From assembly GCA_937901475.1 (NCBI GenBank), contig CALGTL010000162.1:441-64440 (forward strand): a stretch of 64,000 bases of DNA, in the 5' to 3' direction. Made by a program: the position numbers and the translations under genes. Within the stretch, counting starts at the first letter, position 1; the number at the start of each line of letters is the position of its first letter. The stretch comes from an uncultured Dehalococcoidia bacterium. GTDB lineage: Bacteria; Chloroflexota; Dehalococcoidia; Lucifugimonadales; Australimonadaceae. A model generated the notes under the pieces. It was not told where the DNA came from and did no database searches. It saw only the letters and a list, made by a program, of their open reading frames with translations. Below, in pieces: positions 47,973-56,601 of this stretch.

Positions 47973-48167
47973 TCATAATTTCCTAAGAATCTCGTCCGCC
48001 ACGTGCTCCCTACCGCGAGGAACCATGACCCTGAACGCCACAGACTCTCCGTGATTCAAGATGCCGCCTTCGGGCAAGAGGCGCACAGGCAAGCCTTCGC
48101 CTTCGAGGACTTCTTTCCACATCTCGGCCAACATCAGGGTCGGCGTTTTTTTGTAATCAACCCACAT
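47973..48167 (-). CDS. Small DUF2007-like protein embedded in the nuo operon
   Basis: 64 aa, MWVDYKKTPTLMLAEMWKEVLEGEGLPVRLLPEGGILNHGESVAFRVMVPRGREHVADEILRKL. The pattern (helix...L..EGIP v..., then V.VLVP.....A.EIL) resembles the DUF2007 small beta-alpha-beta family. ATG start. It lies 62 nt after nuoK and 40 nt before nuoL. Confidence 0.5.
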   Translation of the reverse strand: MWVDYKKTPTLMLAEMWKEVLEGEGLPVRLLPEGGILNHGESVAFRVMVPRGREHVADEILRKL

Positions 48168-48229
48168 ATTCCAAACTCTCAGCCCGCTCTAGCAGGTTGT
48201 CGTCCTATCAAATCAACCAGACATTTCCA

Positions 48230-48577
48230 TCAGCGCCGCATCAGCGACGCCTCTGTCACGTCAACTGAATCTTTCGTCCGCACCATCGCAATCACCAGAG
48301 CCAGTCCTAATGCCACCTCCGCGGCAGCAACCACAATCACAAACACCGCAAAAGACTGTCCAGCGAGGAGAGTAGATTCGGCGATTGGCGTCACCTCGCC
48401 TGCCGCACGCAGCGCAGCAGGTGTTACATACCTTGAGAACGCCACTAATGCCACATTCACTGCGTTAAACATAATCTCGACCGATATAAGCACTGCAATC
48501 ACGTGACGCCGCGAAAGAGCACCGTAAAGCCCTATGCAGAACAAAATGGCAGATAAGATGAGTAATCGTTCCAACAC
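48230..48577 (-). CDS. nuoK: NADH-quinone oxidoreductase subunit K
   Basis: 115 aa, with LFCIGLYGALSRRHVIAVLISVEIMFNAVNVALVAFS and VVAAAEVALGLAL. It carries a loop about 15 aa longer than usual between TM2 and TM3. Confidence 0.9.
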   Translation of the reverse strand: MLERLLILSAILFCIGLYGALSRRHVIAVLISVEIMFNAVNVALVAFSRYVTPAALRAAGEVTPIAESTLLAGQSFAVFVIVVAAAEVALGLALVIAMVRTKDSVDVTEASLMRR

Positions 48578-48579
48578 GT

Positions 48580-49092
48580 CTACCGCTCCCTGACCAACGA
48601 AAGCGCACCAATCACCGCAGCCAACAGCAACACCCCTGCTATTTCAAACGGCAACAGGAACTGGTCCAGCAACAACCGCCCGATTGCCGCAGGGGTATCC
48701 ACAAACACAGCGGCCAACGGCTCTGGCAGGACATCGGGTAGCAGTGACCACTCAGCCTGTACCACTGAGAACACCAACGCTGAGAGCAGTAACAATGACA
48801 CCAGCACCGCGAAGGGCTGCGCCCTGGTACTGCTGTTGCTCTCGGTAACGTTCGACGTAATCATCGCGGCGAAGATCACCAGCACCGCAACACCGCCTGC
48901 GTACACCAACAACTGCACCACAGCAAGAAACTCTGCATTCACTAAAGCGAATATGCCCGCGACTCCCACGAAGCTCACGACCAGCAACAGTGCCGCACGG
49001 AACATATTGTGAGTCCGCACAACACCAAACGCTCCGAGCACCGTAACGACGGCCAGAGACCAGAACGCAAACTCTTTAAATGCGTTCTCCAT
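48580..49092 (-). CDS. nuoJ: NADH-quinone oxidoreductase subunit J
   Basis: 170 aa hydrophobic protein in the expected position between nuoI and nuoK. Contains FLAVVQLLVYAGGVAVLVIF. Confidence 0.85.
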   Translation of the reverse strand: MENAFKEFAFWSLAVVTVLGAFGVVRTHNMFRAALLLVVSFVGVAGIFALVNAEFLAVVQLLVYAGGVAVLVIFAAMITSNVTESNSSTRAQPFAVLVSLLLLSALVFSVVQAEWSLLPDVLPEPLAAVFVDTPAAIGRLLLDQFLLPFEIAGVLLLAAVIGALSLVRER

Positions 49093-49676
49093 TACTTGTA
49101 TTCACCGTCCGCGGTCGGCCGGGTGTCCCCATCATCAGGAAGCATTTCAGGACGCTGGGGATGCCAGAAGCGAGCCTCACGGCCCGTGTCTTCCCATTTC
49201 TTCGATTCACCTGCAAACGGGTCAAACTTCTCCCGCTCAAGCTGCGGACGAAACCACGTGCTGGGGTGCTTATCCCGTCCGTTCAGGTCCTCCTTCGTAA
49301 TTAGAAGGTCTTGGCGTCGGTACTGAGCAGCTTCAAAATTCGACCCCATGTGCAGCGCGTCGTACGGACAGGCCTCGACACACAATCCGCAATACATGCA
49401 GCGAGCCTGGTCGATATCAAATGTATCCACGCGGTAGGTACCACCATCTTGCTCGTTCCCGCCATTTGGGTCTGTCACAATCCGGATAATGCCTAGCGGG
49501 CAAAACTTCGCGCAGCTAGCGCAACCCGTGCACCGGTCAACGAACCACGTAAACTCTTGGCCCCGGAATCGTGATGCCTGGGGCACGCTCTCTTCGGGGT
49601 ATTGGATAGTCACTGGTTTGCGTACCAGATTCCTCGCGGTTACAACCAAGCCCCTTAATATGCCGATGCCATACAT
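49092..49676 (-). CDS. nuoI: NADH-quinone oxidoreductase subunit I
   Basis: Two 4Fe-4S motifs, CTGCASCAKFCP and CMYCGLCVEACP. It has a roughly 60-aa hydrophilic C-terminal tail. Confidence 0.9.
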   Translation of the reverse strand: MYGIGILRGLVVTARNLVRKPVTIQYPEESVPQASRFRGQEFTWFVDRCTGCASCAKFCPLGIIRIVTDPNGGNEQDGGTYRVDTFDIDQARCMYCGLCVEACPYDALHMGSNFEAAQYRRQDLLITKEDLNGRDKHPSTWFRPQLEREKFDPFAGESKKWEDTGREARFWHPQRPEMLPDDGDTRPTADGEYK

Positions 49677-50848
49677 CAGTTGACCTCCTCAGTCTGGACA
49701 ACTCGTTGACCCGCACGAGCAGGCGTACCCAGGTTAGTCACCAACGACATCAGCGGGATTGCTGTAAACGCAATGCCCCAGTTAATCGCAATCATCATCC
49801 ACAGTTGGACGGGCGATGGGTCTGGCCAAGCGATGGTTTCCATCGCTAGCGCCACCACATTCACCAAGCTGAGCGGAAATAGATACTTCCACGCGAACGC
49901 CAAGATATGGTCGATTCTCATGCGGGGTAGCGTCGCACGCACCCATGACGCTACGAACAGGAACCCGAAGACCTTTATCAGGAACCACAAGTGAGAAGGC
50001 AGTACTGCCCACTCCCAGCCGTCCAAGAAGAGGATCGCGAACAGCGCACCGGCAAGCACGACGTTCGAAAACTCAGCCAGGTAAAACACTCCAAATTTCA
50101 TCCCCGAATACTCGGTCAAGTACCCGCCTACCAATTCCGACTCCGCCTCGGTCACATCGAACGGAGGGCGATTCAACTCTGCGGACATAGCGATCAGGAA
50201 TATCAGCGCGCCTAACGGTGACACCAGCAGGAAAGGCACGCTCTGCGCCTCAATGATGTCCACCATTGACATTGAACCCGCCAGGATAGTGATGCCCAGG
50301 AGCGCCATCACCAGCGGAATCTCGTATGACAGCAACATTGCAACGGCACGCATACTGCCGAGCAACGCTAGCTTATTACCCGACGAATAGCCTGCCATCA
50401 GCACTGCCAACGACGCAATACCACTCATTCCTACCACGTACAGGACAGCGATGTTGATATCAGCAACGTAGCTGCCGCTACCGAACGGAATCACTGCCAA
50501 CGCCAAAAGCGAAGGGGCCAACATCACGATAGGCGCCGCGTTGAAAAGCAACCGATCCGCACGTCTCGGCACGATATCCTCTTGGAATAGTAATTTCACC
50601 GCGTCTGCGATGGCCTGCAGAATCCCGAAAGGCCCAACCCTGTTGGGGCCGACTCTCGACTGGAACCTGCTGACCACTTTGCGCTCCATCCATGTGAAGA
50701 TTGTCCCAATCAGCAGAAATCCGTTCACCACGACCATAATCACGGCCATCGCGCCTAGGCCGTACGCCAACCACTCAGGGCCACCCAGCGTGTTCGCCAC
50801 GGATTCGTAGGTCCAACTGAAGATGGAATTGTCTTTCAGCGGGGACAT
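49676..50848 (-). CDS. nuoH: NADH-quinone oxidoreductase subunit H
   Basis: 390 aa, with WMERKVVSRFQSRVGPNRVGPFGILQ and NRPPFDVTEAESELVGGY typical of NuoH. Confidence 0.92.
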   Translation of the reverse strand: MSPLKDNSIFSWTYESVANTLGGPEWLAYGLGAMAVIMVVVNGFLLIGTIFTWMERKVVSRFQSRVGPNRVGPFGILQAIADAVKLLFQEDIVPRRADRLLFNAAPIVMLAPSLLALAVIPFGSGSYVADINIAVLYVVGMSGIASLAVLMAGYSSGNKLALLGSMRAVAMLLSYEIPLVMALLGITILAGSMSMVDIIEAQSVPFLLVSPLGALIFLIAMSAELNRPPFDVTEAESELVGGYLTEYSGMKFGVFYLAEFSNVVLAGALFAILFLDGWEWAVLPSHLWFLIKVFGFLFVASWVRATLPRMRIDHILAFAWKYLFPLSLVNVVALAMETIAWPDPSPVQLWMMIAINWGIAFTAIPLMSLVTNLGTPARAGQRVVQTEEVN

Positions 50849-51978
50849 CAGCGATCCACTTCGCCCATATTTACGTCAATGCTGCCGAACGACACGATGG
50901 CATCCGACAGCTTCCAGCCAACCAACATTTGCTTCAGCAAAGTCAGATTAATCAATGACGGGGCTCGCACATGCATTCGGTATGGTGCAATAGAACCGTC
51001 ACTCACCAGGTAGAACCCAAGCTCACCCTTCGGGGCCTCGATCGGCACATACGACTCGCCGACAGGCGGACGAAACAGCATCGCAGACGTTGCGCGCACA
51101 GGCCCTGGCTCAATCTGCTTCACGCATTGCTCAATTATCTTCACTGACTCTCGGATCTCACGGATACGGATGATGTAACGGTCGTAGTTATCCCCTTGGT
51201 CGCCAAGCGGAACGTTGAATGACACTCTGTCGTACACGTCGTATGGAGCTGCCTTGCGGAGATCCCATGAAACGCCTGATGCTCGTAATACAGGTCCTGT
51301 GATTGAGGCATTCACGGCATCACGGCCAGAAATCACTGAAACACCCTGTGTTCGGCTTAGCACTATCTCGTTCTTCGAGATTAATCCCTCCAGCTCATCA
51401 ATGAAGGCCGGCAGTTCGTCCACTATTTTCCCCAACGCCGGCCAGAACTCGGCAGGTGCATCCTGAAAAACCCCGCCGATACGCATGTACGATACCGTGA
51501 TTCGTGCACCGCACAGCATTTCGAACAGATCCAACACTCGCTCGCGCTCGCGCATCGCGTACATAAGTGGCGTCGCAAACGCGCCCAAGTCTTGCAAGAA
51601 GAAGCCCGTAGCCACCAAATGGCTCACGATGCGCTGCAGTTCCGCAGCGATAACCCTAAGGTACTGCCCCCGATCAGGGGCTGTGATTCCCGTCAACTGC
51701 TCGCACGATAAAACATACGCTTGGTTATTTGTCATCGACGCAACGTAATCCATACGGTCCGTCAGCGTAATAACCTGCGTGTAGTGCCTTTCTTCCGCTA
51801 ATTTCTCCGAGCCTCGGTGCAGGTAGCCTATAACCGGCTCCACATCCAAGATGTTCTCACCGTCCATCGTCAGGCGCATCCTGAATACCCCGTGGGTACT
51901 CGGGTGGTGCGGGCCAATATTCACGATTACTGGTTGTGTGTGCATCGTCACGTGACTACCTACCCACCATGCGGCCAC
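50848..51978 (-). CDS. nuoD: NADH-quinone oxidoreductase subunit D
   Basis: NIGPHHPSTHGVFRM, GYLHRGSEK, and the C-terminal VDVNMGEVDR. The start is either 51978 (overlapping nuoC by 19 nt) or ATG 51945. Confidence 0.92.
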   Translation of the reverse strand: MAAWWVGSHVTMHTQPVIVNIGPHHPSTHGVFRMRLTMDGENILDVEPVIGYLHRGSEKLAEERHYTQVITLTDRMDYVASMTNNQAYVLSCEQLTGITAPDRGQYLRVIAAELQRIVSHLVATGFFLQDLGAFATPLMYAMRERERVLDLFEMLCGARITVSYMRIGGVFQDAPAEFWPALGKIVDELPAFIDELEGLISKNEIVLSRTQGVSVISGRDAVNASITGPVLRASGVSWDLRKAAPYDVYDRVSFNVPLGDQGDNYDRYIIRIREIRESVKIIEQCVKQIEPGPVRATSAMLFRPPVGESYVPIEAPKGELGFYLVSDGSIAPYRMHVRAPSLINLTLLKQMLVGWKLSDAIVSFGSIDVNMGEVDR

Positions 51979-52436
51979 GTGTAGGGCAATGGCGGCTCAA
52001 GGTAGTCACGGCGGAGTGGATGCCCCTGGAAACCTTCCCACGTCAGCATTCGCTTCAGGTTCGGGTGGCCATCGAAAGACACTCCCAAAAGATCGTAAAC
52101 CTCGCGCTCTTGAAGATCAGCACCAGCCCATACGCTCGTCACTGACGACAACGAGAGCGCTTCACGACCATACAATCTCACCTTTAGCACCGTCGATGCG
52201 TTTCGTGAAATAGAAGTCAAGTGGTAAACCACGTCGAAGAACTCCACGTAGTCAACCGCTGTAACGGAGCTAAGCAAGTCATAGGCCTGTGACGGATCAT
52301 TACGCAAAAAGCGGCAAATATCCAGGATCAATTCGGGTTTCACCCAGGCTGCATCTCTATCGGAATCCATCACGGAGTCATACGCGTAATTGCTCACGGC
52401 CTCAGCCAAGTCCGCGCCTGAAACAGCGGCGGTCAT
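51960..52436 (-). CDS. nuoC: NADH-quinone oxidoreductase subunit C
   Basis: 158 aa, with [29 protein letters not shown] typical of NuoC. Confidence 0.88.
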   Translation of the reverse strand: MTAAVSGADLAEAVSNYAYDSVMDSDRDAAWVKPELILDICRFLRNDPSQAYDLLSSVTAVDYVEFFDVVYHLTSISRNASTVLKVRLYGREALSLSSVTSVWAGADLQEREVYDLLGVSFDGHPNLKRMLTWEGFQGHPLRRDYLEPPLPYTWPHGG

Positions 52437-53101
52437 CGAGGATCCTGCCGGGGTGCGCCCCCTGCGGAAACATTCGCAATACTGTATTTCCTAATCTTGT
52501 CATGGAGTTGCATTATCCCGTAGATCAACGCATCCGGCCTCGGTGGGCAGCCCGGCACATAAACGTCTACCGGCACGATGTGATTGACGCCCGGCACCAC
52601 ACTGTAGCCCTGGTAATACGGGCCGCCGCTAGTAGCGCAAACACCCATCGCGATAACCCATTTGGGCTCAGACATTTGGTCGTAGATCCGGCGTACAGCA
52701 GGCGCCATCTTCCAAGTCAGCGTCCCGGACACAATCAACAAGTCCGCTTGGCGCGGAGTAGCGCGCATAGCCTCCATGCCGAATCGCGCGATGTCGAATC
52801 GCGACATCGCAGACGCAATCATCTCGAAGACGCAACACGCTAAGCCGAAGGCCACCGGCCACACTGCGTTACGCCTACTCCAATTCAGCAGTGCATCCAC
52901 CGAGGTAACCGCTATATTGTTTCTTAGGTCCTGCGGAACCTCAATCAGCGGCTCAGGAAACGCCTCTTGAGCGCTCCATTTAAGCTGCTCGATGGATTCC
53001 CCTTCAATCCGGTCCATATCCCACTCCACAACGGGAGCCGGAAACGACTGACCATATGCCGAGTGGCTGGGCTCGTGCCGATTGCCTGCGTCTTCCGCCA
53101 T
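52433..53101 (-). CDS. nuoB: NADH-quinone oxidoreductase subunit B
   Basis: [24 protein letters not shown] and [11 protein letters not shown] (N2 cluster ligands). It has a hydrophilic N-terminal extension of roughly 45 aa. Confidence 0.9.
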   Translation of the reverse strand: MAEDAGNRHEPSHSAYGQSFPAPVVEWDMDRIEGESIEQLKWSAQEAFPEPLIEVPQDLRNNIAVTSVDALLNWSRRNAVWPVAFGLACCVFEMIASAMSRFDIARFGMEAMRATPRQADLLIVSGTLTWKMAPAVRRIYDQMSEPKWVIAMGVCATSGGPYYQGYSVVPGVNHIVPVDVYVPGCPPRPDALIYGIMQLHDKIRKYSIANVSAGGAPRQDPR

Positions 53102-53181
53102 AGATGGTGTCCCTCAGAAGCCATTAAACGGCTTAATAATGCCGCCCAGCGCTCGTAAAACTACCCTATTTCAACCCCCAA

Positions 53182-53210
53182 ATCATAGCACAGCTCACCC
53201 TATAAGTGAA
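53182..53210 (-). promoter_or_regulatory. Candidate promoter for the nuo operon
   Basis: On the minus strand, TTCACT (53210-53205), a 17-nt spacer, then TATGAT (53187-53182). It lies about 80 nt upstream of the nuoB ATG. Confidence 0.3.
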
Positions 53211-53374
53211 ATCCCTCACAACCGCCAATCTGGGCTCTCTAATTCCACTCATTCCTCTACTCCAGATGCCATAAGGAAAGCTCTCCTGCGCACCAAAATC
53301 CCTTGCTACACTGTTGCGAAAGAACCAACCTAGCCGAAGAACGGCAGCCGAAGCCAAGCGAGCGAGACTCCGCC

Positions 53375-54022
53375 ATGAGCGACACGACTGACAACCAAGC
53401 CCGGCTCGATAACATCACGAACACCGCCCTAGATGAGTTCAAAGCGAAGCACGCCGTCCGTGAACGCGCCATCCAGGCGTCGCGCGAAGTCATTCGTGGA
53501 AGCGCCAATGCCATCCGTGCTATCCACCGAAACGAGCTTGAGAAAGCTAGGGCCCAAGTCCTAGAAGTAGGTGCGCTCGTGGCTGAAACCCGTGACCTAC
53601 TCAAAGACCACCCTGACATCTATTTCACTGGCTACACCCAAGACGCTCAAAAAGAATACGCCGAAGCCCGCTGTGTCTACGCCTTCATCGCATACGAGGG
53701 CACTCCCACGCCACAAGAGATAGGGATTGAGACCTCGTCATACCTCAATGGCCTCGCCGAAGCCGCCAGTGAATTGCGACGCTACATTCTCGACTCCCTC
53801 AGACGCGATGACGACTCCCGATCAGAGGAGCTAATGCGGCTGATGGACGACGTCTACAATGTCCTTGTCGTCATGGATTTCCCTGATGCTCTCACCGGTG
53901 GGTTACGCCGTACCACAGATCAACTTCGGGCAGTTCTTGAACGTACTCGTGGTGACCTCACCATGACAACCCGCCAGCGTCGACTCGAACGACTCCTCGC
54001 CGGACGCGACGCAAGCCCTTAG
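53375..54022 (+). CDS. Translin/TRAX (C3PO-like) family protein
   Basis: 215 aa from ATG 53375, all-helical. The YLNGLAEAASELRRYIL segment matches the Y-L-x-G-[LV]-A-[DE]-x-x-[GS]-E-L-x-R block seen in TRAX and archaeal translin. Confidence 0.7.
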   Translation: MSDTTDNQARLDNITNTALDEFKAKHAVRERAIQASREVIRGSANAIRAIHRNELEKARAQVLEVGALVAETRDLLKDHPDIYFTGYTQDAQKEYAEARCVYAFIAYEGTPTPQEIGIETSSYLNGLAEAASELRRYILDSLRRDDDSRSEELMRLMDDVYNVLVVMDFPDALTGGLRRTTDQLRAVLERTRGDLTMTTRQRRLERLLAGRDASP

Positions 54023-54065
54023 CCTCGTTTTCCCTGAACTGCCTCTAGCGCGCAAGTAAACCTCG

Positions 54066-54094
54066 TTGATTACCACTTGGTATGCTTGTACATT
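54066..54094 (+). promoter_or_regulatory. Candidate promoter for hppA
   Basis: TTGATT (54066-54071), a 17-nt spacer, then TACATT (54089-54094). It lies about 80 nt upstream of the hppA ATG, which has an AAGGAGA Shine-Dalgarno sequence. Confidence 0.35.
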
Positions 54095-54173
54095 CTCATG
54101 TCTGTTACCGGTACTAGTTTTGTGAATTACGCGCGTCCCGAAACAGAATGGCGCGCCGAGAAGGAGATCCAAT

Positions 54174-56258
54174 ATGGAAGGCTTAGTTGCAGCCTTAGGG
54201 GCAGGGGTTCTTGCGATTATTTTCGCGTTATTCCTAGCTCGACGAGTGCTTTCGGCAGACGAAGGCACCGACCTTATGAAAGAGATCGGCACCGCAATCC
54301 AGGAAGGCTCCGCAGCATTCCTGAAACGCGAGTACTCCATGCTCGCCGTTTTCGTAGCTGTCGTGACCGTTATCTTGTTGGTGCTCGGGTTCACTCGTGA
54401 CGAGCAAGATCCCCAGACCGCGTACGCCTATCTTGTAGGCGCGATTACTTCTGGCGTCGCAGGCCTTATTGGCATGCAGATTGCAGTCCGGTCCAACATG
54501 CGCACTGCAGCAGCAGCACGCATTGGTCTCAACCCCGCACTACGCATCGCGTTCTCTAGCGGTGGAGTGATGGGCATGACCGTGGTTGGCATCGGCCTCA
54601 TCGGTGCAGCGGTTCTCTGGATCATCTTTGAGGACCCTTCCATCATCGCCGGGTTCAGCTTCGGCGCATCCTCGATCGCACTGTTCGCCCGTGTTGGTGG
54701 TGGTATCTACACCAAAGCAGCAGACGTGGGTGGTGACCTCGCGGGTAAAGTCGAAGCGGGCATCCCGGAAGACGATCCTCGCAATGCAGCTGTCATCGCG
54801 GACAATGTGGGTGACAACGTCGGCGACGTTGCTGGCATGGGCGCTGACTTGTTCGAGTCGTATGTCGGCTCAATCATTGCGAGCCTGGCTCTCGCTGCGA
54901 CCGGAACGGCGTTCATATTGGGAGCGCCGAACCCAGAGGCCATTGGCTTCACCACCAAGGTGGATTCGGGTCTCGCACTTCTACCGTTCCTTATCGCCGC
55001 CGTCGGCATCGCCGCCTCTATTCTCGGCACCTTTCTCGTTCGAACCAAGGAGAACGCAAGCATGGGTAGCCTCCTATGGGCGCTACGCCGGGGTATTTTC
55101 GCCGCGAGTATCCTTTCTCTCGCAGGTGCATTCGGTGCAATCTACTATCTGTTCGAAATAGCAGCGGCCCCAACGCTTGGCATGGCCGCCGTCTGGAAGA
55201 TGTGGGGGGCGGTTGCTACGGGTCTCGGCGCGGGTGTCATCATCGGCATCAGCACTGAGTACTACACTTCCTACGAGAACAAACCCACTCAAAACGTCGC
55301 GGCGCGCACGGCCACTGGCCCCGCTACCGTCATCATCAGTGGGTTCGCTTCAGGCATGCTCAGTACGATTATCCCGATGGTGGTCATTGTGGCCGCTGTC
55401 ATTTTGGCCAACGAATTCGCCGGTCTCTACGGTATCGCTATTGCAGCCGTTGGCATGCTTTCCACTCTCGGCATCACCTTGGCAACCGATGCGTACGGCC
55501 CGGTGGCCGACAACGCTGGCGCCATCGCAGAGCAAGCCGGTCTTGAACCGGAAGTTCGCGACCGCACCGATGCCCTCGATTCTCTCGGTAATACCACTGC
55601 CGCAACCGGCAAAGGTTTCGCCATCGGATCCGCCGTCCTCACCTCTCTCGCTCTTATGGCAGCCTACGCTAATGCCGTTGGTTTGGAGTCCATCGATCTC
55701 TTGAAGGTACCAACCCTCGCCGGCTTACTCCTCGGTGCACTAATGCCCTTCGTATTCAGCGCACTCACCATGGAAGCGGTCGGCCGTGCGGCTCAAGATA
55801 TGGTTGAAGAGGTCCGTCGTCAGTTCAAAGAAATTCCGGGTCTCAAAGAAGGTCTCCCTGGTGTTAAGGCTGAGTATGCAAAATGCGTAGACATCAGCAC
55901 CAAGGGCGCCCTGCGCGAAATGATCCTCCCCGGGCTCCTTGCAGTAATCGTTCCCATCGTTGTCGGCATCACCCCATTCCTTGGTGCTGAAGCCGTCGGC
56001 GGTCTCCTTCTTGGTGCCATTTCATCCGGCGCGCTACTCGCAATCACAATGGCCAACGCCGGCGGCTCCTGGGACAACGCTAAGAAGTACATCGAAGCAG
56101 GAAATCTGGGGGGCAAGGGCAGCGAGGCTCACTCCGCAGCTGTGGTTGGCGACACCGTAGGAGACCCCTTCAAGGATACCTCTGGCCCCTCGCTCAACAT
56201 CCTCATCAAGCTCATGTCCATCGTCGCGCTGATTTTCGCTACCACCTTCGTAGACTAA
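54174..56258 (+). CDS. hppA: Membrane-bound ion-translocating pyrophosphatase
   Basis: 694 aa, with GGIYTKAADVGGDLAGKVE, DNVGDNVGDVAGMGADLFESY and GNTTAATGKGFAIGSA. The Ala rather than Lys in GNTTAA is the pattern of the K+-dependent subfamily. Confidence 0.93.
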   Translation: MEGLVAALGAGVLAIIFALFLARRVLSADEGTDLMKEIGTAIQEGSAAFLKREYSMLAVFVAVVTVILLVLGFTRDEQDPQTAYAYLVGAITSGVAGLIGMQIAVRSNMRTAAAARIGLNPALRIAFSSGGVMGMTVVGIGLIGAAVLWIIFEDPSIIAGFSFGASSIALFARVGGGIYTKAADVGGDLAGKVEAGIPEDDPRNAAVIADNVGDNVGDVAGMGADLFESYVGSIIASLALAATGTAFILGAPNPEAIGFTTKVDSGLALLPFLIAAVGIAASILGTFLVRTKENASMGSLLWALRRGIFAASILSLAGAFGAIYYLFEIAAAPTLGMAAVWKMWGAVATGLGAGVIIGISTEYYTSYENKPTQNVAARTATGPATVIISGFASGMLSTIIPMVVIVAAVILANEFAGLYGIAIAAVGMLSTLGITLATDAYGPVADNAGAIAEQAGLEPEVRDRTDALDSLGNTTAATGKGFAIGSAVLTSLALMAAYANAVGLESIDLLKVPTLAGLLLGALMPFVFSALTMEAVGRAAQDMVEEVRRQFKEIPGLKEGLPGVKAEYAKCVDISTKGALREMILPGLLAVIVPIVVGITPFLGAEAVGGLLLGAISSGALLAITMANAGGSWDNAKKYIEAGNLGGKGSEAHSAAVVGDTVGDPFKDTSGPSLNILIKLMSIVALIFATTFVD

Positions 56259-56285
56259 AGGCGCGGACCAAGTTGAGGTTAGAAA

Positions 56286-56319
56286 GAGAAGGGGCACCCT
56301 AGCCGGGGTGCCCCTTCTC
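56286..56319 (+). terminator. Strong hairpin after hppA (terminator-like, no clear U tract)
   Basis: 14-bp stem GAGAAGGGGCACCC / GGGTGCCCCTTCTC with a 6-nt loop, 28 nt after the hppA stop. It is followed by ACATCTTGTG rather than a T run. Confidence 0.5.
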
Positions 56320-56601
56320 ACATCTTGTGCCTGGTAACATTCTGTGCTCGGTTCTCGAGCCCCAAGCTTACAATCGAGCACAGGATTACCCGCGTTGCGA
56401 TAACCGCTGCAAAAGGAGCGGTCGATCACCTCGTGCGCCACCCCTCTCCCCGCAAGCCCAGAAGCAGAGCGAGCACGTTAGAACAAAATAAACACTTCAA
56501 AGAAGCAGGACCGTTCGGCTGATTTTAATTAAACTCAGCGCTGACAATTCCACCGAATCCTGCGAAAATCCACGCAACAGCCCTTCCAGGAGAGATTTCC
56601 T

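Noticed and set aside
53166-53357. A 63-aa minus-strand ORF upstream of nuoB, considered as a possible short NuoA.
   Set aside because: Its translation (MASAAVLRLGWFFRNSVARDFGAQESFPYGIWSRGMSG...) has no three-TM hydrophobic pattern, and it overlaps the candidate nuo promoter and the start of the translin ORF. It is not NuoA.
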